DNA of 63,933 nt, the filler included, from Olpidium bornovanus S191 (Eukaryota > Fungi > Olpidiomycota): the NCBI GenBank assembly GCA_017911155.1. It is 29 parts of 29 records of this genome, joined end to end, with 100 filler letters (N's around TTAATTAATTAA, not from the genome) between each part and the next. Parts side by side here need not be neighbours in the genome. Positions count along the whole stretch, not along the records: positions 61,361 to 62,722 come from JAEFCI010007696.1; positions 62,823 to 63,933 come from JAEFCI010001921.1; 27 more parts are not named here. The stretch is one strand, 5' to 3'. Below the pieces are notes generated by a model that was given only the letters and a program-made list of their open reading frames with translations, was not told where the DNA came from and did no database searches. Below, piece by piece: positions 61,518-63,933 of the stretch. Position numbers and translations under genes: made by a program. How positions within the stretch are numbered: the stretch's first letter is position 1; every line of letters starts with the position of its first letter.

Positions 61518-62722
61518 ATGGCTTTCGGTACGGAGACCTCCCCCCCCGCCATTCCCGCGCCCCGAGCGCCCGCCGCCTCGTTTCCGTTTTGCGTCCGTCC
61601 GACGGCCGCCCGTCTTTGCTTTCTCCCCAGACGCCGGCGCTCACGCTACGCCCCCAACCAACCCTTACAGGCGACCGAGGTGGCCGAGGGGGCCGAGGCG
61701 GAGGACGCGGTGGTGGCCGAGGAGGCGGTCGCGGCGGCGGTGGAGCAGGCCGAGGCGGATTTGGAGGCCGCGGTGGCGGACGTAAGTTGCCGTTAAAAAA
61801 AGACTGCTGGACGACAGAAACGTTCGTTTGCTGTGCCGCTACAGGGCATGTGCTGCCGCGGTTTCCGTCCGCCCGATGCTTACCGTGCTCGGTTTTCCGG
61901 ATAAGGCGGCGGTGGCGTTTCCAAGCGCGGCGGGCCTCCTGGTCGTGGTGGCGGACGTGGAGGACGGGGAGGAAGAGGAGGCGGTCGCGGTGGCAGAGGA
62001 GGGGCCAAAGGCGGGGCTAAGGTCATCATCGAGCCGCACCGTCACGAGGGCGTCTTCGTCGCACGCGGAAAGGAGGTAATGTAGTGTCCTCGTGGGTGGT
62101 GGGGGAGGGTTCCACGGCGCCACATTAGTTCACCGCAGATAGGCAAAGGCTTTTGCGGAAGTCCAGCTGCCGAACCGTCGATCCCTCAAAACTCACCGAC
62201 CATACTCACGCGGCTTACGCACAGGATCTCCTGGTGACCAAGAACCTCGTTCCCGGCGAGTCGGTATACAACGAGAAACGCGTCGCGGTGGAAGGGCCTG
62301 ACGGCACCAAGACCGAGTACCGAGTGTGGAATCCGTTCCGGAGCAAGCTCGCAGCAGGGATCCTGGGCGGTGTGGACCACATCCACATCGCTCCGGGAAA
62401 AAAAGTTCTGTACCTCGGCGCGGCGGCTGGGACCACGGTCTCGCACGTTGCCGACATTGTGGGTCCTGAGGGAGTCGTGTATGCCGTCGAATTCTCGCAC
62501 CGCCCCGGCCGCGACTTGATCAACATGGCCAAGAAGAGGACTAATGTCATCCCGATCATCGAGGACGCACGCCACCCGCACAAATACCGCATGCTTGTCG
62601 GCATGGTCGATGTCATCTTCGCGGACGTCGCGCAGCCCGACCAGGCTCGCATTGTCGCTCTCAACGCCCACAATTTCCTCAAAAACACCGGGCACATTGT
62701 CATCTCGATCAAGGTGGGTGAA
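61518..62722 (+). CDS. NOP1: Fibrillarin (rRNA 2'-O-methyltransferase), 4 exons, 3' partial
   Basis: RGG domain; [38 protein letters not shown]...[15 protein letters not shown]...[14 protein letters not shown]. Confidence 0.98.
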
Positions 62723-62822
62723 NNNNNNNNNNNNNNNNNNNNNNNNNNNNNNNNNNNNNNNNNNNNTTAATTAATTAANNNNNNNNNNNNNNNNNNNNNN
62801 NNNNNNNNNNNNNNNNNNNNNN

Positions 62823-63765
62823 ACCAGCGTGGCCGCCGGCAGGAAGGCAGGTGAGTTTTTCTGCCTTGTGCGCCAGTGGGCTTAACGGTGCGTTGCCGGC
62901 TGTGCAGACCGCAGGCTTATGCTTTCAGCGCCCGCCCCCATGTGACGTTTTCTTTAGCAACTGTTCAAGTTTCTGCACGGCCTGAGGGCGCTCCTTCGTC
63001 GATCACCGCCGACGGCGTGCGTTCTGACGATACCGGCGTACACTTTTGAAGATGATCCTATTGGCGAATCAATACTCCGTCAAGCCTTACACTGCGTTGA
63101 CGCTGCAATCAGGCTCAGGTCGTTCACAGGTAAAAAATCTCCCGCCGGCCGTTCCATGAACTGGTCACTTCCCATCCTCTTCACCCTTCCCTTTCCCCGG
63201 AGCCTTTTGGTTCGTGACCGAAACGGACCGACCGCTTATATTCCTCTCGGCTCGTCGCCCGGGGATTCTGCTCCATAACACACCAGGGCATCCGGAAATC
63301 GCCCACCCATCGTACGCGTCTTCGTACCACGGCCTGGTCGACGTCCTCAAGCCCCTGCGGATGAACGGCGTCCTTGCGCCCGCCGCCTGCTCGCCGTCGC
63401 GCCCGGGAGGCTCCTTGGCGAGCCCGGGAGGCGCCCGCGAGGACCTCGCCTTCCGGCTGCGCCGGCGGCGGTTCGCGTTCGAGACGTTCCACCTGCCGCC
63501 CGAGGGCGGCGGCGTCGGCGCGCGGAGCACGCCGGCGAACAAGACGCCACCGGCGGGAGTGCTTAAGAAGTCGTCGTCCTTCGCGTCCGACGGCGCCGGT
63601 GCCGGTGCCGCGGCGTCGCCCGGGGAAACAGCCGCGCAGGGGAGGGCCGGTTTCGGCCCGACTTCGGCGGCGACGAAGAAGAAGAAGGCCGTCGCTTTTG
63701 CGGGCGCCGCGGCGGGCTGCGGCGCCGGCGCCGGCGGGCCCGGGGACCCTCTTCTGGATTTTTAG
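62823..63765 (+). CDS. ELP4: Elongator subunit 4, last exons (62958-63129, 63287-63765)
   Basis: LFKFLHGLRALLR...HCVDAAIRLRSF/YHGLVDVLK..RMN...DLAFRLRRRRFAFETFHLPPE. Confidence 0.88.
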
Positions 63766-63933
63766 GGCGGGACGTGTCTTTTGCCGCTGCACTACTCCCC
63801 GGTGGCCAAGAAAAGCCAAAAATTGATTTGGCCGAAGGGGTCGGGGATCGGGGGTGCTCGCTTTCCGGCACCGACGTTCCGCGGCAAAGGAAGGCAAAAA
63901 AAAAAAAATATTACAGGAGTCCCGGGGTTCAAG

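Noticed and set aside
62940-62990. Possible C/D snoRNA (ATGTGA...CTGA)
   Set aside because: Overlaps the ELP4 acceptor and coding exon; no terminal stem
51200-63765. Apparent cluster of RNA-processing genes (TPT1, STM1, NOP1, ELP4) and of TOR genes (TSC2, TIP41, MTC5)
   Set aside because: Most are on different contigs joined arbitrarily; only TPT1-STM1 and ARP8-TIP41 are physically linked

Overview
Eukaryotic, GC-rich, intron-containing DNA that looks like an early-diverging, probably zoosporic fungus. This is inferred from fungal-type Arp8/Pxa1/Pde2/Mtc5 alongside animal-like NOXRED1 and LINES genes; an Olpidium-like source is a guess and was not checked. The window is not a real chromosome segment. 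It is 29 short contigs joined by identical 100-bp spacers (44 N + TTAATTAATTAA + 44 N), so gene order across gaps means nothing and most genes are partial. Recognisable host genes: WD40 protein, 14-3-3, WDR59/MTC5, IMP1-like peptidase, LINES-like, RVB1, NOXRED1-like, Zn-dependent ADH/FDH, rabenosyn/Vac1, cAMP PDE, MTHFD, PXA1, GrpE/MGE1, TPT1, Stm1/SERBP1-like, TSC2, ARP8, TIP41, a type I membrane protein, fibrillarin and ELP4. LTR-retrotransposon debris is abundant. The most interesting signals are in those elements: (1) Ty3/gypsy-type capsids joined to a copia-type protease or a copia-type half-tRNAiMet primer site; (2) a spliced antisense gene of an unknown two-copy family between the integrase and the putative 3' LTR of a gypsy element; (3) a tRNA-like Pol III cassette just downstream of a copia PBS in a PPT-LTR-PBS junction. 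In addition, 24 of 56 gap-flanking contig ends lie within 3 nt of CATG. All homology calls are from motif recognition by eye; no database search was run.
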